Sequence record: LT598654.1
DNA length: 64,000 nucleotides
Reading direction: 5' to 3' (one strand)
Made by a program: the position numbers and the translations under genes. The number at the start of each line of letters is the position of its first letter. Within the stretch, counting starts at the first letter, position 1. A model generated the notes under the pieces. That model searched no databases. It was not told the DNA's origin and worked only from the letters and a program-made list of their open reading frames with translations. Below, piece by piece: positions 36,007 through 45,976 of the stretch.

Positions 36007-36888
36007 AGTTTACAGTTTTAGTTTAGATTGATCACACTGCCCTTTATAGTAGTCTGACCAGAGGCTTTTAGATCCATGCTAGCGTTGGTTTTATCCGTTA
36101 TCTTTCCAGACACAGTACGCTCGTATTTACCACCTATCTTTTCTTGCATATTGCCACCAACATCAACAGTGTAGTTGTTTTTGACAATAGTGTGCATATT
36201 ACCTTGAGAGCCTCCGTAGAAACCCTGAAACGCTATCTTGCCCTGAGGGTTAGCACTTAGTTGACTTAGCACAGTTTCGGGAGCATTCAGCAGATAACCT
36301 GGTATATCGTTTTCACTATCAGTAATAACCTGCTGCAAGTTTCCTACCACTGTTTGATTAACGTCACCGAGAATAGTTAAGTTGAGGTCTCCCGCGGTAT
36401 GCAAGAATACTTCACCTGTTTTGGTATCGTTGATATAGGTAAAGCCGTTGTACAGCTTGTGCCCTAGACGATAGGGATAGTTTGTCTCAAACTCAGGTAG
36501 AGTGTTTTGCAGATCAAAAGGAACAGGGCCGTAGCTAGGATTGTTAGCATCCCCTCCGTGTCTGAAATACACAGCAACTTTGTTTCCGCGTAAGGGTATT
36601 CCGTTCTGTACTCCAGTACGGCTTACTGTATCACCACCCTGCAATCCCTGTGGATGGTTATTACCCTCGGGTACTGCCCACGGAAGCTTGGTGTCTTCAA
36701 TACTATCTTGAAACACCTCTAAACGTACACGAACCCGACTAAGCTGTTCAGGGTCATTATCATCTACAACTACACCAATGTAAGGAGTGTTAGGGTCAAG
36801 CCCTTTGCGGTGTAGAATTTTGTTTAAATCAGTTGGTGAGTGCATTAAGCTATCCCATCGTATATCTTGTGTAGAGTTTACAGTTTTA
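36007..36888 (-). repeat. 14-bp direct repeat (TAAAACTGTAAACT on -) flanking the spike gene
   Basis: Exact copies at 36007-36020 and 36875-36888, each beginning with the TAA stop of the preceding gene. Confidence 0.7.
36018..36845 (-). CDS. Baseplate central spike (gp5/VgrG-like OB fold plus beta-helix)
   Basis: YIGVVVDDNDPEQLSRVRVR...LPWA; C-terminal V.GN/V.G repeats. Confidence 0.85.
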   Translation of the reverse strand: MHSPTDLNKILHRKGLDPNTPYIGVVVDDNDPEQLSRVRVRLEVFQDSIEDTKLPWAVPEGNNHPQGLQGGDTVSRTGVQNGIPLRGNKVAVYFRHGGDANNPSYGPVPFDLQNTLPEFETNYPYRLGHKLYNGFTYINDTKTGEVFLHTAGDLNLTILGDVNQTVVGNLQQVITDSENDIPGYLLNAPETVLSQLSANPQGKIAFQGFYGGSQGNMHTIVKNNYTVDVGGNMQEKIGGKYERTVSGKITDKTNASMDLKASGQTTIKGSVINLN

Positions 36889-38889
36889 AGTATTGGTTAA
36901 ACTGATACCGGGACCATTAATAGTAGCGTTAGCAGATGCACCATTTCCATTGGCACACAATAGGTCATTAATCATGTTTTCCATCAATCGCAATTTACGA
37001 GCCAGTGTATTTTGAGGCAAGAACAAGTCCATCAATGCAAGTCTATCCAAACACTGATTAGGCAGTTCGGCAGTGTTTACCCTATCCATCAACTGTTCTT
37101 TTATCTCGCTACATTTAGAACTGATCTTTGGATTGTTTAGATAGCTACTGGGGATATTGCCTTTGTCTATCATATCATTTAGACCTGACTCAAATTCCTT
37201 AGACAGCTTATCCATCGAGGTAACACGGTCTGCCAGTATACCTACGAAACCTCCAATGTCAGGACCGACTAAATCAATTGCTGCCAACTCACTAGGAATT
37301 AGACTACTACACAAATCATCCAATTTTTTAAGAGCAGATTGGAATTCTCTACCTGCGGCTTCAATAAAGTCAGTCGCTTCACCGTATTTATCTGCAAGGT
37401 TTTCATCTGCAAAAGCTTGTCCCTGCGCCTTGAAGTCGTCCAACATGGAGTTTAGTTTATCCTGTTGGTTCTGCACAAAGTCGTTGAATGAATCGAGTAA
37501 TCCTTTTTGTTCTTCTGCATCCGCATCGTACTCACCTAATTCCTTAGCAAGTTCGGTTGCTTCTGTATCTGAACTAGACACACTCTTTATGTTAGGGTTA
37601 GTCTGGGTTGCAGCTTTCGAGTTGTTGTTAGGGTCACTCGGATTAACAGCGGTCTCCGCACTCGGCGTAGTCTTACCCGATGTATCGGTAGCACCGTCTA
37701 CTACAGGTGTAGTACCTGCTTCGGATATATAGCAGCGGTACAGTGTATAGATTTCAGCGTAGTGGCTTTCACGGATAACAACACTACGGTTACCTACAAC
37801 ATATTTGCCTGTGTACGCAGAGTTGTTTACTGTACCTGCTTTCTCTACATCGGTATGATCATACTGAACACATTGTAATAGAGGCAGCATTGTATAGTAG
37901 TCGGTTAGACCTCTGATAGACTCCGTGAACAGGCTAAGATGACGCATGTTAAGGTACTGGGCATCGTAGTAGAACTCGTGCATATTGTATGCACCAAGAG
38001 GAGCGCAACCACTGTCGAAACCCTTACCTGCTGTCAAGCTAGTGAGGTCTATCGAACCTTGAACTTCACTGTTTACAGGTAGACCCGCACCTAAACTAAT
38101 AGGGTTAGACTCCTCGAAAATATCAAGAGGGCCTTCTAAGTTATGCTGAACATGAGTATGACCGTAGTTGGATAACTTGTTGAAGAATCCGCTGGTTGTA
38201 TCCGCACTAGTTTCTCTAAAGTGAACTTTTGTATCGTGCTCGTCCACAGGTAGAATGTTATAACAACCTGCCTGTGGTTCTTGCTGTATCTCAGTAAACA
38301 GATCACGTAAGTAGAATATATTACCCCAGTCCAGCACTCCCTTAACGCAAGTCTGGTCACCAGTGTAAGCCTTCGAAACTATATCATGGACAAACGTATT
38401 ATGAGTTCTACCTATGTTTAACCAATTCATCGAATCCGTAGTTGTTAAACCCGATTCAGGTAGGTTAACTTCAATATCGTGCTCACCTAGAATTTCCTGG
38501 ATAGCAGCAACACTAGTTCCTGTACGTGCTTCACGTTTAACCTCAATCGTATATTCAGTAAGGTCAGGGATAAGAGTGGCTGTACGGGTATAACCTTGAT
38601 TGGTAGGACTGGTCTTTACCTTGCCAAACACACGACAATTTATTTCAAACGGGTCGTTGTCGTCAGAATCGTTTGCAAAGGTAAGCTGAACTTTAGTTCC
38701 GTCAACTAAGTTATAAGGGCCGCCGGAAAGAAAGTTGTGCATATCGTTTAGAGTAAGCTTAGCAACAGGTAGGTTGAAGCCGAAGCCTGAGTGTAACTCC
38801 AGTTCTTTGAACACGTTATTGGCAGGAGGTAACTCTTGGTCATTGATTTTTATTTGTAGATAAACGCCTTTTCCGACTTCTAAAGCCAT
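36886..38889 (-). CDS. Baseplate hub (gp27/VgrG-like) with C-terminal helical extension
   Basis: 667 aa; position next to the spike and LysM genes; YTGKYVVG.RSVVI at the hub C-terminus, then a low-complexity linker and helical domain. Confidence 0.65.
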   Translation of the reverse strand: MALEVGKGVYLQIKINDQELPPANNVFKELELHSGFGFNLPVAKLTLNDMHNFLSGGPYNLVDGTKVQLTFANDSDDNDPFEINCRVFGKVKTSPTNQGYTRTATLIPDLTEYTIEVKREARTGTSVAAIQEILGEHDIEVNLPESGLTTTDSMNWLNIGRTHNTFVHDIVSKAYTGDQTCVKGVLDWGNIFYLRDLFTEIQQEPQAGCYNILPVDEHDTKVHFRETSADTTSGFFNKLSNYGHTHVQHNLEGPLDIFEESNPISLGAGLPVNSEVQGSIDLTSLTAGKGFDSGCAPLGAYNMHEFYYDAQYLNMRHLSLFTESIRGLTDYYTMLPLLQCVQYDHTDVEKAGTVNNSAYTGKYVVGNRSVVIRESHYAEIYTLYRCYISEAGTTPVVDGATDTSGKTTPSAETAVNPSDPNNNSKAATQTNPNIKSVSSSDTEATELAKELGEYDADAEEQKGLLDSFNDFVQNQQDKLNSMLDDFKAQGQAFADENLADKYGEATDFIEAAGREFQSALKKLDDLCSSLIPSELAAIDLVGPDIGGFVGILADRVTSMDKLSKEFESGLNDMIDKGNIPSSYLNNPKISSKCSEIKEQLMDRVNTAELPNQCLDRLALMDLFLPQNTLARKLRLMENMINDLLCANGNGASANATINGPGISLTNT

Positions 38890-39206
38890 TACAGAGTTAC
38901 CTTATTAGTTGAAGCGTTAGTCTTTTTAACCAACGCTGTAACCTGACTGGGTTCAGGGATGCGAATTCTTTGTCCAGGTTCAATCGACATTCCATCGCAA
39001 ATACCGTTGTACGCAAGAATAACAAAGAACATTTCTACATCACCAAAGTAATCAAATGCAATTAATTGAGGATTAGATTCTTCGCTTTGCCTAACCGTGT
39101 GCTCTATATAGGATGTGATAGAATCCAGTTGAGACAATAGCTTGTGCTTTAAAGGGTCATTGCCGTACCGATCAGATACAGCATAGGTGCTAATGTTTGC
39201 TGCCAT
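38889..39206 (-). CDS. LysM/gp53-like baseplate protein
   Basis: Probable start MAANIS; PQLIAFDYFGD.EMFFVILAYNGI...IEPGQRIRIP. Confidence 0.75.
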   Translation of the reverse strand: MAANISTYAVSDRYGNDPLKHKLLSQLDSITSYIEHTVRQSEESNPQLIAFDYFGDVEMFFVILAYNGICDGMSIEPGQRIRIPEPSQVTALVKKTNASTNKVTL

Positions 39207-39208
39207 GA

Positions 39209-40003
39209 TTAGGTACCTGATTGGTTTGAACTTGTAGCAATACCGTTTCGGCTTGCAAAGAACCATGCTTCAATATCTTCTCGTGAAACAGGGTAGTAGC
39301 TTTGAAGTTGAACGTTCATAACTACGCTCATTGGTAAACCAGAGCCATGCTCAAACTGACCGTCTACTGCTGCGCTTACGTTTGTAATAACACAAGGTTC
39401 CATAAAGAAGAAGTTACCGATCGTACACTTAAAGATTTTACCCTCTAAGAAATCAGTATAATCTCCACTAACAGTACCTCCGCTTTCAGAACTAGACTTT
39501 GCTTGGTCTGCGTATTGCTCTAATCCTGACTTAATCGGGTTCGGACCTGGTACTTGTAAACGTCCTAGTCGATCAGTACTAGGTGTAACAAGTCGCATCA
39601 TGCTAACCATAGGGTCTAGTACATCAGATGCCGAACTTTCCCAGTTATTTAGCTCAAAAGGAAGCGTAAGGCTTAGATAGCTTGGGCCGTTCCAAGTCTG
39701 AGGGCTAAAGTACTTGAAAGGTTGAACACCACCAAGTGTGCGCTTACTCACTTGGTCAAGAGAACCCGTGATAGCACCGAGTCCAGGTATTGCATCACCG
39801 AGACCCCCAATTGGATCCCAGTTATTTGCTAAATCAAAAGAGAAATCCTCAGGCACATAACCTTCGAATCTGTCTTCACCATCGCTGGATACGATAGAAC
39901 TTTTATACATTCCATCAACATCAATCAGGTCACTCTTTGAACTGTTTGCTGAACTACCATTAGGTAGGGACACAGCACTACTGTCGGTGATAAGATAATT
40001 CAT
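39209..40003 (-). CDS. Baseplate tube cap/initiator (gp48/gp54-like)
   Basis: 264 aa; CVITNVSAA...G.PMSVVMNVQL; position after the tape measure. Confidence 0.55.
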   Translation of the reverse strand: MNYLITDSSAVSLPNGSSANSSKSDLIDVDGMYKSSIVSSDGEDRFEGYVPEDFSFDLANNWDPIGGLGDAIPGLGAITGSLDQVSKRTLGGVQPFKYFSPQTWNGPSYLSLTLPFELNNWESSASDVLDPMVSMMRLVTPSTDRLGRLQVPGPNPIKSGLEQYADQAKSSSESGGTVSGDYTDFLEGKIFKCTIGNFFFMEPCVITNVSAAVDGQFEHGSGLPMSVVMNVQLQSYYPVSREDIEAWFFASRNGIATSSNQSGT

Positions 40004-42546
40004 TAAATGTATCCTAAGTTAAGTAACGTGAACGCTGCATCATCTACAATGACAGGAACATTGTCTAAAGTAGGTCGGTTATTGAACGAACCTCCCTTAA
40101 CCTGTTTAGGAGCTTCGGGTCTTACCGTTTTAGCAACAACTTTGTTTTGCTTTGGCTTCTCTTTAGCTGGCTCAGGCATGTTAACTTGAGCGATAACCGT
40201 AGGCGGTTCAGGACTCGCAAGAGTTTCATCACGAATCTGTGCATTGTCCATTGCTGTAGACACAACAGGTTCGGATGCAACGATCTCAGGAACTATATCA
40301 GAGGATTGACGAGCAACAACAACATCCGGTGCAGTAGGTTGAGCAACATCACGATAAGGAACAATCGGTGTTGCGGTATCGATATTAATCTCAGGCTTAG
40401 ATGGAACAGGGTCTAACCCATAGCTTTCACGTACCTGTGCCTCTATCTTTTCAATAGGGACAGTACCCTTTGACTTATCGTACTGCTTTTGAATCTCAGC
40501 CTCTACTTGGTTGTAGCCTTCAATTCGATTGACAGAACGGTTTGCACGGTCAGCTTCTTTTAGTTCCTGCTCTAACCTATCAAACTCTAGGTCTTGTACA
40601 CGTTGTCGGTCAGCTTCAAAAGCATCTTGCGCGACACCCGTAACCTGTCCACGCCTACCGCGAGTTTGAACAACACTGGATTCGGTTGCGTCTTCTGCAC
40701 TTTGCCTTGCAACTTCTTGTGGGTCAGTACCTGTTCCTAGCTGTTGAGCGGAATCTGTTTCACCTGAACCCAAGAAACTAGATACCAGTCCCTCGACTGC
40801 TTCTTCACCTAACCAACTGCCTGCTATACCTCCTAAGATACCGCCGATAGCAGTACCGACTACAGGTACAACACTACCTAAAGCTGCACCTGCCATAGCG
40901 CCAGCAGCACCTCCTGCCAACGAACCTCCTACTCCTGCATACTGTGTGGTCTTTTCTTCCTCAGACATAGTATCATCAGAAGCAATAGATGCTGCATCCA
41001 TGCCAGCCATAACAACTGTTAAACCTGGGATTCTGCCTAACGTCTTTTTAAGCATACCGCCGGATGCGCGAGTTGCAGCACCCGGAACATTGCTAGCAGG
41101 TAAAGCAGGTGCTTTTGCAGCAGGAGTCTTGTCCGGTAACTCAGGTACTTTCTGTGTGGTAGGAGTAACTGATTTGACTTCGGGCTTTGCGTCTGGGACT
41201 GGGTCATTGCTTCCGAAGAAACCTGTAACAGAACTAGCTACAGTACCTAGCCCCGCAGTAATAAGACCTAGCTTACCGCCACCTCTGAGTCCTCGTCTAA
41301 ACAAGCTTTGTTTAGGCTTTGTTGCATCAGGTTTGGCTTTAGAAGGTTCATTCGAAGTAGCTACGTCTTCTGCCATATTAGCAGTAGCATTTCTACCTTG
41401 CAGATACTTGGTAGCACCGTATGCTGTAGCAGCAACCGTAGCAGTACCCAACGCCGCATCTGTTCCTGCATCAACAACTTCACCTACAGTTTCACCTGCG
41501 TCTGTTATACCAAAGAAGCTACCCACAGAGTTTAGCGTATCCTTAATAGTGTCACCTACTTCGCTAACAGTATCTCGAAATCCTGGAAAGAGCATATCGA
41601 TAACAGAGGTAATTGTTTCTTTCAAGAACTCACCAACTGCAATAACGGCATCGGCTAGGATTCCTGGTAACCTGGTGAACATATCGCCTAAGAAATCAAA
41701 AGCATCTGACGCAAGTTGTTTCCAATTGTCTTTTAGATAATTGAAACCGTCCGTTACTAACGTGATAAGGTCCTTACCAAAGAAGGCTTTAACCAAATCG
41801 TTTGCGAGAAGCAATATACCTGCAAGACCTGCAAAACGGGTCACTACTTTACCAAGTATACCTAGAATGCGTCCACCCTTACCGCCTAATAGACCAGCTA
41901 GTAGACCTCCTCCCAATCCAATTCCTTCATCAGGTTTAGGAGCGCGAATGTCCTCAGACTTCTCAAACACTTCTATTGGTTCACCTTCAGTGCTTGCTGC
42001 TTTTTGGTCTAAGTCAAAGTCGCGTTCTTTGGTGTAGTCTAGTGCCTGACGGTCAATGTCTTCAATACGAGCCAACATGGTATTGTTCTTATCTAAGAAG
42101 TCTACCTGCTTTTGACTTTGACGGTCTACCGTTTCAGTCAGTGCATCGAATTTAGTATCGGTTGTCTCAGCCAAACGGTCAATAGATTCCTGTAGTTCAG
42201 GATTCTCGTTTGCGAATGCCATCAAAGCTTCCGTTTCAGGAGTAGTAGGCATTTCGACACTTACGTTACGGTCTTCACCCTGAAAGTTCTCCATTACCTG
42301 TTGGAGTCTTTCAGGCATGTTACGCAAGTTCATAACTCCGTTCGCATCAGAAACACTAACTGAGTCAGGAGACATTACGGTAACACTATCTGTCTGAAAT
42401 TCCACATCCTCAAAGTCAGCATCCAAAGAATCTATCTGAGTTGACTGTGTTTGAGTACCCATCATGTTTGGGTTTGGTGATGCAGATACTCCACGCTCAG
42501 CAAGAACACCAGCGTAGTCTGTGAGTTGTTCCCATGCACTAGCCAT
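40003..42546 (-). CDS. Tape-measure-like protein
   Basis: 847 aa; helical, with glycine-rich hydrophobic segments (GGAAGAMAGAALGSVVPVVGTAIGGILGG); position in the tail module. Confidence 0.7.
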   Translation of the reverse strand: MASAWEQLTDYAGVLAERGVSASPNPNMMGTQTQSTQIDSLDADFEDVEFQTDSVTVMSPDSVSVSDANGVMNLRNMPERLQQVMENFQGEDRNVSVEMPTTPETEALMAFANENPELQESIDRLAETTDTKFDALTETVDRQSQKQVDFLDKNNTMLARIEDIDRQALDYTKERDFDLDQKAASTEGEPIEVFEKSEDIRAPKPDEGIGLGGGLLAGLLGGKGGRILGILGKVVTRFAGLAGILLLANDLVKAFFGKDLITLVTDGFNYLKDNWKQLASDAFDFLGDMFTRLPGILADAVIAVGEFLKETITSVIDMLFPGFRDTVSEVGDTIKDTLNSVGSFFGITDAGETVGEVVDAGTDAALGTATVAATAYGATKYLQGRNATANMAEDVATSNEPSKAKPDATKPKQSLFRRGLRGGGKLGLITAGLGTVASSVTGFFGSNDPVPDAKPEVKSVTPTTQKVPELPDKTPAAKAPALPASNVPGAATRASGGMLKKTLGRIPGLTVVMAGMDAASIASDDTMSEEEKTTQYAGVGGSLAGGAAGAMAGAALGSVVPVVGTAIGGILGGIAGSWLGEEAVEGLVSSFLGSGETDSAQQLGTGTDPQEVARQSAEDATESSVVQTRGRRGQVTGVAQDAFEADRQRVQDLEFDRLEQELKEADRANRSVNRIEGYNQVEAEIQKQYDKSKGTVPIEKIEAQVRESYGLDPVPSKPEINIDTATPIVPYRDVAQPTAPDVVVARQSSDIVPEIVASEPVVSTAMDNAQIRDETLASPEPPTVIAQVNMPEPAKEKPKQNKVVAKTVRPEAPKQVKGGSFNNRPTLDNVPVIVDDAAFTLLNLGYI

Positions 42547-43487
42547 TAACCAAATCTCCCACCTTTAGTAGCCTCTTTTTGTTTCTGTTCTTCTGCCTTC
42601 TTCTGCTTGTCTTTAACCAAGCTAGAATGCCAGTAGAGCAGCTTCATTGCAGGTGTGTCTTCATCGATAACAGCACCTGGAAAGTTACCAAAGATATTAT
42701 ACTGTAAGTCCATGACCGTTTGAGTTCCTATAGCAGGAAGTATTTCAAACAGGTCTGCTTGCTTGTCTATGTGGTATTCTTTTCCACAAGAGGCACATGT
42801 TAGCTTATAGAGAGTGTAAGTACCGTAACGCATAGCACGTAAAGAATCTATGGTGTGCATAGTCTGTGTAGCGTCATCGTTGTACCAATCGAATTCCTCT
42901 AAAGCTTCTGATAAACTATCCGCTTTAATCCACATCAAGTATGGGACTATAGCTTCGTTTTCTGGTTTCTCTAGCATATCCTCTGCCTCAAGTAAGTCTC
43001 TGATCAGAGGCCACTTGTATCCTTTAGGCAGTTTGAAGTTATCAGGTATTTGCTCTACCCTAGTCTTTACCTGGTAAACAATCTCAGTGTTTAGACGGTG
43101 GCAAGGTGATCGCTCATAACCTAATCGAGATAAGCTAGATGAATTGAGGTGTGCTATTCCTGCGTCACGTACAAACTCTTTAGGAAAGTCTTTAACATGG
43201 ATGCGAGGATTAACACAGCGCCAAGTAATAGTGATACTGTTTTCGGGAAAGCTTTTCTGCCGTAACCAGTGCAGTATGTATTTAAAGTCCAGCACCAAGA
43301 GTTTAGTTACATCCTGGTCTACGTGGTCTTGCATCAGGTTAATCAGAGTGTCTATACTTTTATGCCTAGTCGCATTATCTAAAACACTCAAATCACCTAC
43401 CGTTAAAGGTCGGACTTTAATTCTGTTGAAATCGTAGTGGCTAAAATCAGAGATTAAGCCACCAACGTCTAGCCACCCGGTACTCAT
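42546..43487 (-). CDS. Baseplate/tail assembly protein (gp26-like), paralog 2
   Basis: KVRPLTVGD, DFKYILHWLR, W.C and CASCG. Confidence 0.6.
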   Translation of the reverse strand: MSTGWLDVGGLISDFSHYDFNRIKVRPLTVGDLSVLDNATRHKSIDTLINLMQDHVDQDVTKLLVLDFKYILHWLRQKSFPENSITITWRCVNPRIHVKDFPKEFVRDAGIAHLNSSSLSRLGYERSPCHRLNTEIVYQVKTRVEQIPDNFKLPKGYKWPLIRDLLEAEDMLEKPENEAIVPYLMWIKADSLSEALEEFDWYNDDATQTMHTIDSLRAMRYGTYTLYKLTCASCGKEYHIDKQADLFEILPAIGTQTVMDLQYNIFGNFPGAVIDEDTPAMKLLYWHSSLVKDKQKKAEEQKQKEATKGGRFG

Positions 43488-44260
43488 ATATTTCTAAAGA
43501 AGCTTTCTGCACTTAGTTGGAACTTCTGACGTACTTGGGTTCCGCATTTAGTACAGGTGCCAATTAAAAGATTGCCGATGCCGTGTGCATACTTCTGCTG
43601 GAGTTTGCTAGCTTCGTCAAATAGTACTGTGTCTTTGTCGCCTTGACTTTGCAACCAACTAAGCTTATCGCGCAACGTGTCACCATGCTTAATCCACTGT
43701 AAGGCAGGAATCAGTTGAGCCATAGTTGGGTCTTTGGACAGACGATCATACTCAGCTACAATCTTAGCACTGGGTAATTCAAAGGCACTCGCCTCACCTA
43801 GCTCAGACATTTCATCAGGCAACTGAACTTTAATCATTTCGTCAAAAGAGAATACCTCTGTGTTGTGTTGATCACAACTAACAGGTACTAGGCGAATGTT
43901 GCGCGTGTTCACATCCATAGCCATCTTACGTGCATCAGGGGCTTTAATCAAATCATCACTATCGTTCAGGTGATACCAAAACCCGTCACATTGCCAATCC
44001 AATGACAGAGGCGTATTCATAGAGCAACGCAAGTAAGTAACTACGTAATAGAAATCACCGACCGTTAAATAGCGTATAGGCACGTTTAGCAGGCTTTGCA
44101 CACCTGCTACGAATGAATCTGGATTTTTGTTAGTAACTGCTGTAGAGAACAAACCTATTTCTTTTAGGCTTAGTCTTCCAATTTGGAGTTCAGGATACTT
44201 TACGGTATCCTCGAAACGCTTACCTTTCGACGGTAAATCGGTAAGTGCTACAGTTTTCAT
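43484..44260 (-). CDS. Baseplate/tail assembly protein (gp26/gp51-like), paralog 1
   Basis: LPSKG, LTVGDFYYVVTYLR, W.C and CTKCG. Confidence 0.65.
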   Translation of the reverse strand: MKTVALTDLPSKGKRFEDTVKYPELQIGRLSLKEIGLFSTAVTNKNPDSFVAGVQSLLNVPIRYLTVGDFYYVVTYLRCSMNTPLSLDWQCDGFWYHLNDSDDLIKAPDARKMAMDVNTRNIRLVPVSCDQHNTEVFSFDEMIKVQLPDEMSELGEASAFELPSAKIVAEYDRLSKDPTMAQLIPALQWIKHGDTLRDKLSWLQSQGDKDTVLFDEASKLQQKYAHGIGNLLIGTCTKCGTQVRQKFQLSAESFFRNI

Positions 44261-44269
44261 AGATAATCC

Positions 44270-44803
44270 TTAGGATGCTGGAACAGTTTTAGGAATAAAT
44301 GCGTCACATGCAAAGTTTACATTTAACTTCTGTCGGTCATTGTTGGTATAGGACAGAGGAAGATTCTGGATACCGAGAGGCCAACAGTTACGTACAGTTG
44401 CTTCAAAGATAACCTGATTCTTAGTATTGAGTAACATAAACTTGAGGTCTTTTTTATAATACACAGCAGGGTAGTACCCACCGGATGTTGGATTCTGGAT
44501 ATTAGCCTGCCAGTTCAGGATATAACTCATGCTCCTTGCAGCTTGGTCTTCATACAGAACCATATCGAAGGACTGTATCTGACTAGCTCCAGGGAAGAAA
44601 ATATTGGTTGCTGCTATTGCTTTTTGTTTTTCAGAAATTTGAGGAAACGGTAAATTTGCCTCCTCACAGTACATAGCAGGAATAACTTCGGTGTTGCCTA
44701 TAGTAGGAAACTCGTCTATAACCCACTTTTGTGCCAACATCGGGCCTCTGTCTCCCGACGTACCCTGAATAACATCGTCAAGGCTTATCTGTCTTCTTGG
44801 CAT
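44270..44803 (-). CDS. Tail tube-like protein (gp19/gp54 fold)
   Basis: CEEANLP...FDMVLYED...W...I.NP...ATVRNCWP...LNVNFACD, paralogous to ORF 45977. Confidence 0.7.
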   Translation of the reverse strand: MPRRQISLDDVIQGTSGDRGPMLAQKWVIDEFPTIGNTEVIPAMYCEEANLPFPQISEKQKAIAATNIFFPGASQIQSFDMVLYEDQAARSMSYILNWQANIQNPTSGGYYPAVYYKKDLKFMLLNTKNQVIFEATVRNCWPLGIQNLPLSYTNNDRQKLNVNFACDAFIPKTVPAS

Positions 44804-44940
44804 AGGAACTCCGTATCAAGGTAAATATGAGCCACGATCAAAAACGCGATGCAAATGCAGGTAAGCACATGCACCGCTGTTTTATAAAGACCCTTTAAAC
44901 AGTATTATCGAGCAATAACTAGATAAGCAAGTTCATTGGG

Positions 44941-45621
44941 TTACACATCAACCACAACAATTAAATGCCGCAGTTCACCGTGCATTTTAACAGTACCGAT
45001 TTCTACATCGACACCAGGTAAAGCTTTTTCTATAGCTTTTTCAGTATCTCTTGCCCAGTTGCCGTATTGACCAACTGGTAATCCGTGCTTGCGTCGATAA
45101 GAACGGAGTGACGAAATACCGTCATAGAAATAGTACACTTCACCCGGTAGCATTTCACGGGCCTGGATGAACTCGACTTTCTTCAATCCTGGTATACGTA
45201 AACTTTTAAGCTTGCGTGTCAGTTCTTGATCCTCATGAGGATGCTTGAAAGCACTAACTTCTACTCGGACTGAGCCTGCGCCTTTTGACTTATCTAAAGA
45301 ATTGTCAGAATCCATTCCACCGGGTGCGCCTCTTAGACTATCTTTGACAGACTTGCCCCCAACCTTACCGCTGAATTGCTTACAACGTTTTATAAGGGTT
45401 AGGGCTTCTTTCTCGGTTAGTTTGAAACGCACATCAAGGGCTTGGGATTCAACCAGATAAAACTGTCCGTTACGCTGAGGCTTTAGACCGAATACATCGC
45501 CTGACTCCAACTCAAGGTCATAATGACGGTTGTGGCTGAGGTACTTAGCACTTCGTTTGCCTAAAAATTTATACCAAGCGTATTGCTTTACGTTGATTGC
45601 AGCGGACAGTGATATAAGCAT
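44941..45621 (-). CDS. Probable internal head protein
   Basis: N-terminal MLISLSA; YAWYKF.G domain shared with ORFs 8102 and 57660. Confidence 0.7.
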   Translation of the reverse strand: MLISLSAAINVKQYAWYKFLGKRSAKYLSHNRHYDLELESGDVFGLKPQRNGQFYLVESQALDVRFKLTEKEALTLIKRCKQFSGKVGGKSVKDSLRGAPGGMDSDNSLDKSKGAGSVRVEVSAFKHPHEDQELTRKLKSLRIPGLKKVEFIQAREMLPGEVYYFYDGISSLRSYRRKHGLPVGQYGNWARDTEKAIEKALPGVDVEIGTVKMHGELRHLIVVVDV

Positions 45622-45623
45622 AG

Positions 45624-45941
45624 TTACGACTTCTTACGGGCGGTCATTTGATCAAGGCGCTGTTTAGCACGAACGTAATCTCGGTAGAAGGTACGTGATT
45701 CTTGACGAGCCTTTTGAATTTCAGCAGGCGTACCAGCACGGTCACGTACTTTATCTAAACGAGATTTTACTTTTGCTCTGAGGTTGGTTACTTCACGACG
45801 GAGTACAGAAATACGATCTCTTTTCTGTACACGCTTACGTCGAGGTCCCATACGTCTTTTAGGACGGAAGACACGGCGACGAGTTGCGCCAATGTCTTCA
45901 TAAGTAACTGACTCAGAAGGAATGTCGATAAAGATTTTCAT
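45624..45941 (-). CDS. Arg/Lys-rich probable DNA-condensing core protein
   Basis: 105 aa; ~23 R and 11 K, nearly all after a 20-aa non-basic leader containing PSES. Confidence 0.65.
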   Translation of the reverse strand: MKIFIDIPSESVTYEDIGATRRRVFRPKRRMGPRRKRVQKRDRISVLRREVTNLRAKVKSRLDKVRDRAGTPAEIQKARQESRTFYRDYVRAKQRLDQMTARKKS

Positions 45942-45976
45942 TCAGCTTCTCCTTAACGTAGAAGGTTGTCAGTTAA

